DNA from: a virus
DNA: 64,000 bases
Virus record (IMG/VR): IMGVR_UViG_3300025084_003207
Span: 28,810 to 92,809 of that record
Direction: 5' to 3' (one strand)
Positions within the stretch are counted from its first letter, which is position 1. Each line of letters begins with the position of its first letter. Shown piece by piece: positions 40,301-50,766 of this stretch. The notes under the pieces were generated by a model. It saw only the letters and a program-made list of their open reading frames with translations. It ran no database searches and was not told where the DNA came from. The translations under genes were made by a program, and so were the position numbers.

Positions 40301-41910
40301 TATTTGTTTGTCCTTGAAGGACTTGGTTCTATGCCAGGCCACCTTGTAATAATAGTATTAATTTTTTTGTCAAATAATAGCAATGGAGTTAAAGGACTTT
40401 TTCCTTGTTCTGCACGTTTAGGATAACTGCCGCTTAAAATTCCTGCCAATTCAAATGACAACAAAGTGTTTGTTGTCTTTTGTGTATCGATTCCGCTCAT
40501 GTTAGGTACAATAGGCAAAGGCGGTATTGACGGTAATACAGTTGTTTGAATATCAACTGTGTCACCTGCATTTATATAAGTTTTTGTTAAACCCATTATG
40601 TGTGTATGGGTTGTTGAAAATAAATCTAAATCGCCCATTGACTTGATATGTAATGTAGGTTCGGATGGCGGATTGTTTACAGATGCTGGTGCGGCTATTT
40701 CTACTTGTGTTCCTGCCATATGTACCTTATTATCACCAAATAATTGTAAACTACCAGGAACAGTTTTGCCGTCTACTGTAAACAGCCTTGGTCTTGCTTC
40801 TATGCTGATAGCATTAGAATACATGTTAATATCTTTTACACCTTCTATGTTTACACTACCGTTGGTTAACACGTCTTGGTATTGTGGATTTAAGTATGCT
40901 AATTCTTCTACATCTACAATACCTTTTTCTGTTTCGTTAGGATCGTTTGGATGTGGATAATTATTTGCGGCTTTGATATTAACATTTTGACCTGCTTCAA
41001 TATTGACATCTTTGTCTGCCCTTAAATTCATGTCACCTGAAGTTCTAACATTATAACTACCTGTGCCGTATATATCTATGTTACCATCTGCATCTATTTC
41101 TATATGCCCCGTACCTGACTTATTAGATATGTATATTAAATTTTCTGCGTCATTGAGTACTATTTGATTTCCGCCACCAGTTCGTATTCTTATAAATGGA
41201 TTATCGTTACTATCATCCATTACAAATTGATGTCCTGCATGTCTTAGTCCTGGATCTTTAGGATTCTTGGGACCTGGCGTTAATATACCATAAACTTCAC
41301 TTGCGCCTTCTCGCCTAGCACCACTAGTACTTTGCCCTCTTATAAAATCATCTATTAGTCCTTGTGAAAAAATAACACTTTCTAATTCGTGCATCGACCT
41401 GTCATCTGCTTTTACTTTGACATTTTTAACAGTACCACTGTATTCCACATTATGGTCCTTGATATTTGCAGACATGTTTGCTTCGTTAACAGGTGTTACT
41501 CCACCTATGGATTTTCCTGCTGGAATACCTGGTACCATAAAATTTCTATTTGTTTGAAATAAGCACCCTAAAATTATTCCAGAGAGTTGACCTTCAAATT
41601 CGTAAAAACCTACTACAACTTGATTACCATTATCAGGTGGTCTCATCCACATTCCATAACTGGTTTGTGCAACGTCAGGTGCATTTTTATCACCTGTGCC
41701 TCTCTGCGGTGTTGCACCAGCAAATGGTGATGTCCATATACAATCAAATAACGCACTAGTACTTGTGTTTGTGCCTGTCAATTCTGGTATATGCACTAAT
41801 AGTATTCCATTTCTAGAAGGATCGTCTGCACTAATTACTGTGCCAAAATACAGCGACGAACCTTTACTTGCATTGGCTGTGATTTTTTCTTTTATGCGGT
41901 TTGGTATCAT
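40300..41910 (-). CDS. baseplate hub / spike protein (gp5/VgrG OB-fold-like)
   Basis: GTVISADDPSRNGILLVHIPEL, SYGMWMRPPDNGNQVVV, GHQFVMDD...IRIRTGGGNQIVLND, beta-helix-type repeats. Confidence 0.8.
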   Translation of the reverse strand: MIPNRIKEKITANASKGSSLYFGTVISADDPSRNGILLVHIPELTGTNTSTSALFDCIWTSPFAGATPQRGTGDKNAPDVAQTSYGMWMRPPDNGNQVVVGFYEFEGQLSGIILGCLFQTNRNFMVPGIPAGKSIGGVTPVNEANMSANIKDHNVEYSGTVKNVKVKADDRSMHELESVIFSQGLIDDFIRGQSTSGARREGASEVYGILTPGPKNPKDPGLRHAGHQFVMDDSNDNPFIRIRTGGGNQIVLNDAENLIYISNKSGTGHIEIDADGNIDIYGTGSYNVRTSGDMNLRADKDVNIEAGQNVNIKAANNYPHPNDPNETEKGIVDVEELAYLNPQYQDVLTNGSVNIEGVKDINMYSNAISIEARPRLFTVDGKTVPGSLQLFGDNKVHMAGTQVEIAAPASVNNPPSEPTLHIKSMGDLDLFSTTHTHIMGLTKTYINAGDTVDIQTTVLPSIPPLPIVPNMSGIDTQKTTNTLLSFELAGILSGSYPKRAEQGKSPLTPLLLFDKKINTIITRWPGIEPSPSRTNK

Positions 41911-41915
41911 ATGTC

Positions 41916-41923
41916 TATTTATT
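41916..41923 (-). promoter_or_regulatory. late promoter box AATAAATA, 5 nt before ATG (leaderless)
   Basis: AATAAATA-GACAT-ATG(41910); overlaps the upstream stop. Confidence 0.55.
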
Positions 41924-44900
41924 ACCCTCCTGGGTTAGACGTGGGGTTGTTTCCGCCGCCACCTGTGCCATTAAGGCCATCAATTGTAAGAGGATTTACA
42001 TACCCTGCATTTGCTAAATCGGATTCAGTAACTGTTAAATTGTTTATTGCATTCTCTAGAGGATTACCTGAGTCAAGAACTAATTTTCCGTTTTCATCAA
42101 ATTGTAAATTCGATGATGCTGTTTCTAAAGCGGCTGGTACTGTTTTTGATAATTGCTCCTCTATGAGTTCTTTGTTAGTTTTTGGAAATTGTCCTTTATA
42201 AATTGTTCTATAACATTGTAGAGTTTGCCTAAACTGTCCACCATTAAAGTTATGAAGTACTTTATAAGGGAAAAACAGTCCTGAGAAAGAGTCGTCCATA
42301 GATAGATCTTTTATTTCTCCAGTGTGCCTACTTGGATCATCATGCCATGTATCGTATTCTCTCGGAAACAAATATGTAAAGAAAAACCCTACTTCACCTA
42401 TTCCATATGGTGCAATATTTTCTTTTACAGACTGTTCACGTACTGCACCTATATCTGTTTCCAGTGAACCTAAAAATTCATTGCCCGGCTGGTGAATAAA
42501 TACATTGTTTACTTTTGGTGCTTCTTTGCCAAGCCAATAAGGGTCTCCTTTGATAGTTAATTCCATTTGTATTAAGTATGGTGCACCTAATGTACTATTT
42601 GACAAAGCCGTTGTAAAAATACTTTTATTTGCAAATTTAGAGTTTGGACCTATTAGTGATGTTATTTTTGGATCATATTCACCGAAAGGTCGCTCCTCGC
42701 CATGTCTGTTTTCAGAACCATATGATGTTTGATCGAATGCAAATTCTTCCATATATACAGATTTAAAATTTTCTACCACAGAGTTTGTAATAGTGCCAGG
42801 GCCTCCTCCGGTGGAGAATCCTGGAGGAGTTGTAACGGAATTAAGGTCTTTGGTAAATTGTTCCATTTTTTCTTTGGCTTCATCTAATAATCCGCCAGTG
42901 TCTATGCCAAATTGGTCTAGACCCAAATCGCCTACTGCACTTTCTATTTCACCAATAAAGCCATTGACACCTTCTGCAATTTTGTTAAAAGCACTATCTA
43001 TTACTGCAAACGGAGTAAAAGCCTTTGCTGTAAGTTTTGCTATTTGTGTGCTTATTTCATTTGATATAATGTCTTCCACATCAGACTGCAAAGTTGATAT
43101 TCTGTTTGTGATTGTATCTAAATCTGAGGTCAACTCTTTAATAGTTTTGGTTTTTTGTAATATTGCAATCGGAGAACTGGGCAACTTTAAATTGAGTTTT
43201 CTGATATTTTTAGAATTTGGTTTAGTAATACCAACTGGACTAAGTCCAGTTGCCACCGCGGCTAAATCTTCTGTGAGTGTTATAGGTAACTTTGCTAATG
43301 TTGTAACTAAATTTTTTGCATCTGTGACAAGGTCTTCAAACTTTTGAAGAATTTGATCTAATGTATTTGGTTTGACTTTAGTATTAAAATCGTTAAGTTT
43401 TTCAGTACCTGCTGAACTTATTTGTGCGGCTGGTGACTGTGTGTAATTGGATTGTTGTCCACCTGCAACTGGTACTAAATATCTTATACCATTTTCTATT
43501 TTTAAATCAACATCAAATATTTGATCATTAATGCCAGTGTACATATAAGCATAAAGTTTATTTACACTTCTGTTTTTTGCGGCTTCGATTAATTTTACGT
43601 TGTTTGTTTTGCTACCTTTTGTTGAATTGGTATCTATTGTTAATTCTTTTGCATCTATCACAGATGATGAATCTAGTTTACCAGTGAGTACATAAATGAA
43701 TTCCATTGCTGGTTTTCCAGTCGATGTATACAAGTATTTGTCATCATATTTTTGCCACTTGTATTCTTTACGAATAGATGGTGTAATATATTGTGTTTTA
43801 TCATCATCGAGTTTTTCTTTGTCCAATTGTGCGTCACCTTCAGACATATCATACCTATGATTGGTTTTTGCATATTCAAAATTCATTGAGGCTAAGCCAT
43901 ACATTACAGCATCAACTGGGGTACCTTTGTTGATATCTATTTTAATTTTGGCTTTTTTGCCATCATCGGCTGGTGCTTCTTGCCCGGATTCTGCGGCCTG
44001 TTCAACTCTACCTATAGTTTCATTGCCATCTTGATCGGTAGTGAGTGTTAAATTTTGCATTGTATCAAAATATTCTTTGTCAATTTTCAGTTCTTTAAAT
44101 ATAGTTTTTAATCCAGGAAGTCCGTTTGGATCTAACTTGTAGGTGGCTTTTTCTATACCTATATCTGGATTTTCTTTTTCTAATTCAATATCCCCAACCT
44201 GCGTCTTTTGTAGTTTCTGCATTTGTTTAGTAAAACTTTCAAATAACTCGTTTACTGTGCCTTTGTCACCTGAGGTAATTTTAATATCGGCCGGGACTAA
44301 TTGTACACTTGCATCTGCGGCTTGCGTAACTTCATCTATTGCAACTGCTTGAATATTATACTCAGATCCTGTTGGACTTGGATTAACATCAAAATTTATA
44401 ATTCTTATTGGTATTGCTGTGTGATAAAAAGACTCAGCATTGTTAATATCGCCAAATAATTTATCATCTTCTGTTAATTTGTCTTCTTGGCCAATCAATT
44501 CTATTTCCATGAGGTACGGCATATTTTGTAAAGGTAGCGGTTCCTCTTCGCCTAAAGATTTGTTTAGTTCAAATCTAGATCTATTCAGCAAATCAATAAA
44601 TGACATTCCAAATGGTTCTTTTAAATCAAAATGCATTATGTAATTGTACATTTTATGACCTTTCATGTTCGGAGGAGGCGATGGATGTACAACACTACTA
44701 ATTGATAAATTATCTACTTGAAATTTAGTAACACTTGTTTGTGCAATAATTATCCTGTTACCTTGTTTTAAATCTAAATTCACAAGACCATCAGTATAAA
44801 AAGTAGATGGCAACATACTAAAAGTCAAACGATAAGTGTATGAAGAATATGCATCTGTGGGATTAAATAGGATATTGCTTTGCAATTCTTTTGGTAGTAT

Positions 44901-44951
44901 GTTTTTGAATAGATCTGGATTAGCAAAATATTCTGAGTTTATTTCTGCCAT
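41922..44951 (-). CDS. putative baseplate hub protein (gp27-like position)
   Basis: 1009 aa; NPTDAYSSYTY.LT, ELTIKGDPYWL, HNFNGGQFRQTL; lies between gp53-like and gp5-like genes. Confidence 0.6.
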   Translation of the reverse strand: MAEINSEYFANPDLFKNILPKELQSNILFNPTDAYSSYTYRLTFSMLPSTFYTDGLVNLDLKQGNRIIIAQTSVTKFQVDNLSISSVVHPSPPPNMKGHKMYNYIMHFDLKEPFGMSFIDLLNRSRFELNKSLGEEEPLPLQNMPYLMEIELIGQEDKLTEDDKLFGDINNAESFYHTAIPIRIINFDVNPSPTGSEYNIQAVAIDEVTQAADASVQLVPADIKITSGDKGTVNELFESFTKQMQKLQKTQVGDIELEKENPDIGIEKATYKLDPNGLPGLKTIFKELKIDKEYFDTMQNLTLTTDQDGNETIGRVEQAAESGQEAPADDGKKAKIKIDINKGTPVDAVMYGLASMNFEYAKTNHRYDMSEGDAQLDKEKLDDDKTQYITPSIRKEYKWQKYDDKYLYTSTGKPAMEFIYVLTGKLDSSSVIDAKELTIDTNSTKGSKTNNVKLIEAAKNRSVNKLYAYMYTGINDQIFDVDLKIENGIRYLVPVAGGQQSNYTQSPAAQISSAGTEKLNDFNTKVKPNTLDQILQKFEDLVTDAKNLVTTLAKLPITLTEDLAAVATGLSPVGITKPNSKNIRKLNLKLPSSPIAILQKTKTIKELTSDLDTITNRISTLQSDVEDIISNEISTQIAKLTAKAFTPFAVIDSAFNKIAEGVNGFIGEIESAVGDLGLDQFGIDTGGLLDEAKEKMEQFTKDLNSVTTPPGFSTGGGPGTITNSVVENFKSVYMEEFAFDQTSYGSENRHGEERPFGEYDPKITSLIGPNSKFANKSIFTTALSNSTLGAPYLIQMELTIKGDPYWLGKEAPKVNNVFIHQPGNEFLGSLETDIGAVREQSVKENIAPYGIGEVGFFFTYLFPREYDTWHDDPSRHTGEIKDLSMDDSFSGLFFPYKVLHNFNGGQFRQTLQCYRTIYKGQFPKTNKELIEEQLSKTVPAALETASSNLQFDENGKLVLDSGNPLENAINNLTVTESDLANAGYVNPLTIDGLNGTGGGGNNPTSNPGG

Positions 44952-44952
44952 T

Positions 44953-45258
44953 TTAATTACCTGCTATTTGTCTTGCCCGGCTACTTGTAACTAATCTTAT
45001 AATTGTACCTTCTTTGAAATCTTGTATAGGATCTTTTATTATTTCTGGATTACTTAGTACTAATACCCACCATAACTCAGGACTACCAAATTTATCAAAT
45101 GCAAGTAAGTCAGGCCTATTGGCATATTTTTTAGTAATTAAAAATTTTTGATCATTCACAGAAGATTCTACAGCAGGTAAATTCATATAATTCAGACCTG
45201 TATAAAACGACATATTTTGTGCGTCTTTTAAAAAACTGTTTTTGTTATATACTGCCAT
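44953..45258 (-). CDS. baseplate wedge LysM-like protein (gp53-like)
   Basis: YANRPDLLAFDKFGSPELWWVLVLSN...DPIQDFKEGTII. Confidence 0.8.
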   Translation of the reverse strand: MAVYNKNSFLKDAQNMSFYTGLNYMNLPAVESSVNDQKFLITKKYANRPDLLAFDKFGSPELWWVLVLSNPEIIKDPIQDFKEGTIIRLVTSSRARQIAGN

Positions 45259-46013
45259 TAAATAAATCCTATATTTCCGCCTTTTCTCATTTGATCAAGA
45301 TCAAAAAGTCTTCTCTGTCTTCGAGGTGAATACTGAGGCATCAGTGTTACTGTGAATTGTATATCTGTCGGTACATAAGTTACTCCAGCGGCCTTCCCAG
45401 CATCATTTGTTGTAGTGCTTTCTCCCTCTTCTGATTGTGAAGTAGTTTGTGTTTTAAACGCACTAACAAATGTTTCCCCAGTTTCAATAATATTATGTTC
45501 CACTGGTATGTAATCCACATTATTTTCGTAAATAAAGTTGACATCGTTTACAACTACTGGTACTCTATCGTATCCGTGTGGTCCTAAATAACTAAATTCT
45601 AGAACAGGAGGCGGAGCACCAAACTTTCCAGATCTAACAGCCGCTTCACCAAAATTTGCTTTTGTTGACAATTTTAAGAAATGCATCATTGCTAATAAAT
45701 ATTTTGCTTCTTCTTGTGTAGTTACTGTATACTGTGCCTGTACAGGCAATGTAGGAGGAGAACTCATCATAAAAGTATGCAACGGGTAATTAGTCCCCTG
45801 AAACTGCTGTGTATCATATGTAGCACTATAGGCTATGAACATACTTGGTTGATACTGGAAGACAATTCCGCGGTCGGCCTTAAGGGGTCTCATAATATCT
45901 TTGGCTCCCATTTCATCTGGAAAGAAACTCTCTTTATTGGCTCGCATAACCTGAAGCCGTGCTCTCCAATCTATGTCTAGATTTTTATTTCTTCCTAAGT
46001 CTGTATTTGCCAT
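45258..46013 (-). CDS. putative tail tube initiator / baseplate protein (gp48/gp54-like)
   Basis: GIVFQYQP...YLLAMMHFLK...GAPPPVLEFSYLG...VPVVV; first gene of the baseplate operon. Confidence 0.6.
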   Translation of the reverse strand: MANTDLGRNKNLDIDWRARLQVMRANKESFFPDEMGAKDIMRPLKADRGIVFQYQPSMFIAYSATYDTQQFQGTNYPLHTFMMSSPPTLPVQAQYTVTTQEEAKYLLAMMHFLKLSTKANFGEAAVRSGKFGAPPPVLEFSYLGPHGYDRVPVVVNDVNFIYENNVDYIPVEHNIIETGETFVSAFKTQTTSQSEEGESTTTNDAGKAAGVTYVPTDIQFTVTLMPQYSPRRQRRLFDLDQMRKGGNIGFI

Positions 46014-46034
46014 ATAGTCTCCTGATATACAATG

Positions 46035-46042
46035 TATTTATC
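46035..46042 (-). promoter_or_regulatory. late promoter box GATAAATA of the baseplate operon
   Basis: Upstream of 46013 with AGGAGA SD. Confidence 0.7.
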
Positions 46043-46088
46043 GATATCAATAAACTAGCCGTTATTGGCCAGAATTGGATAATTATAC

Positions 46089-46116
46089 TTGACACTAGAA
46101 AAAATTAATGTATAAT
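46089..46116 (+). promoter_or_regulatory. host sigma70-type promoter for the gp55-gp47-gp46 operon
   Basis: TTGACA (46089-46094), 16-nt spacer, TATAAT (46111-46116); AGGAG SD at 46131. Confidence 0.8.
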
Positions 46117-46140
46117 AAAGGTTAATTATAAGGAGACACA

Positions 46141-46992
46141 ATGGTCGCAAAAGTTAAATACTTGAACAATAAAGATTTACTTAAACAAATACATCTAAGC
46201 AAGATGTCTTTTTGTTGGGTTAAATCACCGCAATATGATTATCCAGACATTATTATTGATTTAGAAGATGAAATTACTGATGCAGTGATACTCGAAGCAA
46301 AACAAAACAAAGCAGGAAAGATGAAGGACTTTGCTTATAAAAAAGCAGTCGAAGGTTACGAAGGACCTGCAAATAAAAAGCCTAGACAAAAAGACTTTTT
46401 AGTTGATATTGAAGATATTGCTGACGAAGACGTGGTAATAAGACAAATGACTTATGAACATATTCCACTAGAACCGGGCAGAAAAAAGAATCCTAGAAAC
46501 GAAGCAGAAACAAAAGCAAAAGTAAACTTTCCACCATTTAAGCATTATGGCTTGATAAACGGTACATGGGAAGAGGTTGCTAGGAGTCATTGGAAAGGCG
46601 GTCCTAAGAGTGGCAAGTTTTCTGTTGATCATGGTAGCATTACAAACGAGTTAGGAAAAATGTATCTTAAATTAGTTGACAGGTATAGTCAAAGATCCAA
46701 TTGGAGAGGATATACTTATGTTGATGAAATGAGAGGTCAAGCATTATTACAACTTGCTATGATTGGTTTGCAATTTAATGAAGCAAAATCAGACAATCCA
46801 TTTGCTTATTATACTGCCGCTGTAAATAACAGTTTCACAAGAGTGTTAAACATAGAAAAGAAAAATCAAAACATCAGAGACGATATATTAATTGACTCTG
46901 GGCACTTACCAAGTTATGGCAGACAGATTCAGCATGAAAATGAGATGAAGGCTTTGAGAGAAGAAACAAAGAATTCAGAATCGGATGCCTAA
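46141..46992 (+). CDS. gp55: late-transcription sigma factor (T4 gp55-like)
   Basis: YLNNKDLL; NWRGYTYVDEM...FNEAKSDNPFAYYT...F.R.LNIEKK; precedes gp47/gp46 as in T4-like phages. Confidence 0.85.
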   Translation: MVAKVKYLNNKDLLKQIHLSKMSFCWVKSPQYDYPDIIIDLEDEITDAVILEAKQNKAGKMKDFAYKKAVEGYEGPANKKPRQKDFLVDIEDIADEDVVIRQMTYEHIPLEPGRKKNPRNEAETKAKVNFPPFKHYGLINGTWEEVARSHWKGGPKSGKFSVDHGSITNELGKMYLKLVDRYSQRSNWRGYTYVDEMRGQALLQLAMIGLQFNEAKSDNPFAYYTAAVNNSFTRVLNIEKKNQNIRDDILIDSGHLPSYGRQIQHENEMKALREETKNSESDA

Positions 46993-46994
46993 GT

Positions 46995-48008
46995 ATGACA
47001 GACAATTTATTTGAAAAAGCAGTCGTCTTTACGGACATACATTACGGACTTAAATCTAATAGCCATCAACACTTAAAAGATTGTAATAATTTTGTTGACT
47101 GGTTTATTGCAGAGGCAAAAGTTCGTGGTGCCGAAACATGTTTCTTTTTAGGCGACTGGCATCACCATAGAGCAAGTGTAAATGTTGCAACACTTAATGC
47201 CAGTTGGAATGATCTAAAGAAACTCAACGACGCATTTGACAAAGTGTATTTTATTACAGGTAACCACGATTTATATTACAGAGACAAACGTGAACTCAAT
47301 AGTATGGAGTTTGCTAGAGACTTAAACAACTTTGTAATGATAGATGAGTTGTTTGAAGAAGGCAACGTTGGTATTGTGCCTTGGTTAGTTGAAAACGAAT
47401 ACAAGAAAGTTGCTAAGATGACATGCAAATACATGTTTGGACATTTTGAATTACCTTTCTTTAAAATGAATGCAATGATTGAAATGCCCGATCATGGTGG
47501 TATCAATGCGTCTATGCTGAGAAACCCAGAGTATGTTTTTAGTGGCCATTTCCATAAAAGACAATATGATGAAAACATACATTACATTGGTAACGCATTT
47601 CCGCACAATTACGCAGACGCAGGTGACAATGACAGAGGTTACATGTATCTTGAATGGGACAAAGAACCAGTATATGTTAATTGGCCAGAGTGTCCTAAGT
47701 ATGTTACTTGCGGACTTGTTGAATTAATCGATAATCCTGCAAAATATTTAGATGCATACACTTATGCTAGAATCAAATTAGACGTTGATATCAGTTATGA
47801 AGAAGCAACGTTTATCAAAGAAAACTTTATGGACAAATACAAGTGTAGAGAAATACAACTTGTACCTATTAAAGAAGTTGAAGAAGAATACGAAGCCGGC
47901 GAAATATCATTTGAAAGTGTTGAACAAATTGTTATCAGCCAATTACAAACTATAGAAAGTAATACAATTGACACAGAAAAGTTAATTGACATTTACCAAA
48001 ATTTATAA
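46995..48008 (+). CDS. gp47: recombination endonuclease subunit (gp47 / Mre11-SbcD-like)
   Basis: FTDIHYG, LGDWHH, GNHD, GHFE, SGHFH metallophosphoesterase motifs. Confidence 0.92.
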   Translation: MTDNLFEKAVVFTDIHYGLKSNSHQHLKDCNNFVDWFIAEAKVRGAETCFFLGDWHHHRASVNVATLNASWNDLKKLNDAFDKVYFITGNHDLYYRDKRELNSMEFARDLNNFVMIDELFEEGNVGIVPWLVENEYKKVAKMTCKYMFGHFELPFFKMNAMIEMPDHGGINASMLRNPEYVFSGHFHKRQYDENIHYIGNAFPHNYADAGDNDRGYMYLEWDKEPVYVNWPECPKYVTCGLVELIDNPAKYLDAYTYARIKLDVDISYEEATFIKENFMDKYKCREIQLVPIKEVEEEYEAGEISFESVEQIVISQLQTIESNTIDTEKLIDIYQNL

Positions 48009-48011
48009 TAT

Positions 48012-49781
48012 ATGCTTAAACTAAAAAATATCAGTGTAAAGAATTTCATGAGTGTTGGAAACAACGTTCAAGGTGTACGTTTCGATGACAAGAACTTAAC
48101 ACTAGTACTAGGTAATAACTTAGACTTAGGTGGCGATGGTAGTAGAAATGGTACAGGTAAAACTACTATTATTAATGCACTCAGTTATGCACTTTATGGT
48201 GAAGCATTAACAAACATCAGACGTGATAATCTTATTAATAAGACTAACGGCAAAGGCATGATTGTTAGTGTCGACTTTGAACTAAACGGTGTTGACTATC
48301 GCATAGAAAGAGGCAGACGACCTAATGTGTTGCGTTTCTTTGTTAACGGCACGGAATCAGAAGATCAAGAGCAACAAGGCGACAGCAGAGAAACACAAAA
48401 ACACATAGAAAAAATTATTGGCTTTAGTCATGAAATGTTCAAACACATTGTTGCACTAAACACATACACTGAACCTTTCTTAGGAATGAAAAATAACGAT
48501 CAGCGAGACATGATCGAACAACTGCTTGGTATACAAGAATTATCAGAAAAAGCAGAAACACTCAAAGAAAGAATGAAGGATACCAGAGACAGTATCAAGG
48601 AAGAAGAAATTCGTATCAATGCTATCAAAGATGGCAACACTCGAATGGAAAAGAACATTAAGGAAATTGAAAGTCGCAGTATGGCTTGGGAAGCCAATAA
48701 GAAAACTAAACTTTCTGAAATGGCTGATGCATTAGAAGAATTAAATGAACTAGATGTAGATAACGAAATTGCAAAACACAACACACTAGTAGAAATCAAA
48801 GACCATGAAGCAAATTTAAATGTGTTAGTAAGCAATATAACTAACACAGAAAACAGTATTAAAAGAAGTAATACTAAACTGCAAACACTAGAAGCAAATC
48901 TAGTTAAAGCAAAAGAAGGCGTATGCCCTGCATGTGGGCAAGAAACAGCACATTTAGACACACATGAAGAATATACGGCCGATTTAAACACCGAAATAAC
49001 AGAAGAAAAGACATATTACGACACACTTATCACTAAAGAAAAAGACTTAAAAAACGGCGTAGAAATGCTAGGACCGGTTCAAGAACGCCCTAAAACCTTC
49101 TATAGAACACTAGAAGAGGCCCTTACACATAGAAATAATGTAGACAACTTAATACAAAGTATTAAAGATAAGAATAACGAAGAGAATCCTTATGTTGAAC
49201 AAATAGAATCTATGAAGGAAACAGGCATTCAAGAAGTCAGTTGGGACACTATAAATGAACTTACAGCATTAAAAGATCATCAAGAATTCTTATATAAATT
49301 GCTAACAAGTAAAGATAGTTTTATCCGTAGACGTATTATTGATCAAAACATTGCTTACTTGAATCACAGACTAGCACACTACTTAAATGCTATTGGCTTA
49401 CCGCATGACGTTAAGTTTAACAGCGACCTTAGTGTAGAAATCACCGAGTATGGCAGAGACTTAGACTTTGATAATTTAAGTAGAGGTGAACGAAACAGAC
49501 TTATACTGAGTTTGAGTTGGGCATTCAGAGACATATATGAAAGTCTTAATCACCCTATGAACTTCTTGTGTATTGACGAACTTATTGACAGTGGTTTAGA
49601 TGGTGTAGGTGTTGAGAATGCATTAGGCATTCTCAAGAAAATGAGCAGAGAACAAAACAAAAACATTATGCTTATATCACACAGAGAAGAACTTAGTGGT
49701 AGAGTTAATGATGTGCTGTATGTGATCAAAGAAGGTGGCTTCACAAGTTACAACACAGATACAGAATATGTAGGAAGTTAA
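48012..49781 (+). CDS. gp46: recombination ATPase subunit (gp46 / Rad50-SbcC-like)
   Basis: Walker A NGTGKT, coiled coil with CPAC hook, LSRGE signature, Walker B LCIDE, LISH. Confidence 0.93.
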   Translation: MLKLKNISVKNFMSVGNNVQGVRFDDKNLTLVLGNNLDLGGDGSRNGTGKTTIINALSYALYGEALTNIRRDNLINKTNGKGMIVSVDFELNGVDYRIERGRRPNVLRFFVNGTESEDQEQQGDSRETQKHIEKIIGFSHEMFKHIVALNTYTEPFLGMKNNDQRDMIEQLLGIQELSEKAETLKERMKDTRDSIKEEEIRINAIKDGNTRMEKNIKEIESRSMAWEANKKTKLSEMADALEELNELDVDNEIAKHNTLVEIKDHEANLNVLVSNITNTENSIKRSNTKLQTLEANLVKAKEGVCPACGQETAHLDTHEEYTADLNTEITEEKTYYDTLITKEKDLKNGVEMLGPVQERPKTFYRTLEEALTHRNNVDNLIQSIKDKNNEENPYVEQIESMKETGIQEVSWDTINELTALKDHQEFLYKLLTSKDSFIRRRIIDQNIAYLNHRLAHYLNAIGLPHDVKFNSDLSVEITEYGRDLDFDNLSRGERNRLILSLSWAFRDIYESLNHPMNFLCIDELIDSGLDGVGVENALGILKKMSREQNKNIMLISHREELSGRVNDVLYVIKEGGFTSYNTDTEYVGS

Positions 49782-50224
49782 TGAGCAATTGGACCTATAA
49801 CGGAGAAGTAGTAGACAACTTACCTGAAGATTGCGAAGCATTTGTGTATCTAATTACCAATAACATAAATGACAAAAAGTATGTTGGCAAGAAACTAGCA
49901 AAGTTTAAAACAACAAAACCGCCGCTGAAAGGCAAAAAGAACAAACGCAGAGGTACCAAGGAATCAGATTGGCAAACTTATTGGGGCAGTTCAGACAATT
50001 TAAAAGAAGATGTAAAAGCACTAGGTGAAGATAAGTTTACTAGAGAGATTTTATACTTTTGTCCTAGCAGAGGCGTTGCTAGTTATTTAGAAGCAAGAGA
50101 GCAATTTGAAAGAAAAGTATTATTGCGTGATGACTATTATAATGGTATTATCAACGTTCGAGTAGGTGGTTCAAAAATCTTACGTGAAGGCGTTAAAGAT
50201 TCACTCCATAATCCAGATACATAA
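49781..50224 (+). CDS. small GIY-YIG (Seg-like) endonuclease
   Basis: FVYLITN...KKYVGKK...ESDWQTYWGSS...YLEAREQF...YYNG. Confidence 0.85.
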   Translation: MSNWTYNGEVVDNLPEDCEAFVYLITNNINDKKYVGKKLAKFKTTKPPLKGKKNKRRGTKESDWQTYWGSSDNLKEDVKALGEDKFTREILYFCPSRGVASYLEAREQFERKVLLRDDYYNGIINVRVGGSKILREGVKDSLHNPDT

Positions 50225-50698
50225 ACTCCATCTAGTACCAGAAATAACTTTGCTTACTTCATGTTCTGTATCACCAGGGAAAAGTATTCCGTCCCCTGCT
50301 TTTAGTTCTACAGGCTTATCCTCAATATAAAATATCCCGCCTTCAAACTCGTCATTGAGGGGAATACATATAGAGTACTTTGATAGATCTTTGTGTTTAG
50401 TACAAGTGTCATTTTTGTTATAATAATTAGCATAGAAAACATTATGCCTTGTTATTGTGTATGGTTCCGAATCTATACTTACTGGCTTGATCAAACTGCT
50501 AACATACCTCGCTAAATCCTGTGTTAATCGTAACCGGTGCGTATTAAATGTTTTATGTGTGTTATTCCAGTTGGTGTCAGTCCAGTAACCAGGTACCATT
50601 GTTAAACCCCCAGGGTTGGGAGATTCGTCTGGTAATTTGTTTATTACGTCAGTACACTGATCTTTAGTCAAAATATTAGTGATTATAAAATGCTCCAT
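50201..50698 (-). CDS. 2OG-Fe(II) oxygenase
   Basis: HKD, LNDEFEGG, FPGDTEHEVSKVISGTRWSL. Confidence 0.85.
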   Translation of the reverse strand: MEHFIITNILTKDQCTDVINKLPDESPNPGGLTMVPGYWTDTNWNNTHKTFNTHRLRLTQDLARYVSSLIKPVSIDSEPYTITRHNVFYANYYNKNDTCTKHKDLSKYSICIPLNDEFEGGIFYIEDKPVELKAGDGILFPGDTEHEVSKVISGTRWSLCIWIME

Positions 50699-50703
50699 AA
50701 ATT

Positions 50704-50711
50704 TATTTATA
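50704..50711 (-). promoter_or_regulatory. late promoter box TATAAATA, 5 nt before ATG (leaderless)
   Basis: Exact T4 late consensus: TATAAATA-AATTT-ATG(50698). Confidence 0.65.
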
Positions 50712-50753
50712 ATTACAAATACTCAAAAAATGTTATATCCAACATTATAAAAC

Positions 50754-50761
50754 GATAACTA
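50754..50761 (+). promoter_or_regulatory. late promoter box GATAACTA upstream of the non-coding structured element
   Basis: Same octamer as 5226-5233; followed by TTAAC, as at 51255 and 53301. Confidence 0.55.
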
Positions 50762-50766
50762 TTAAC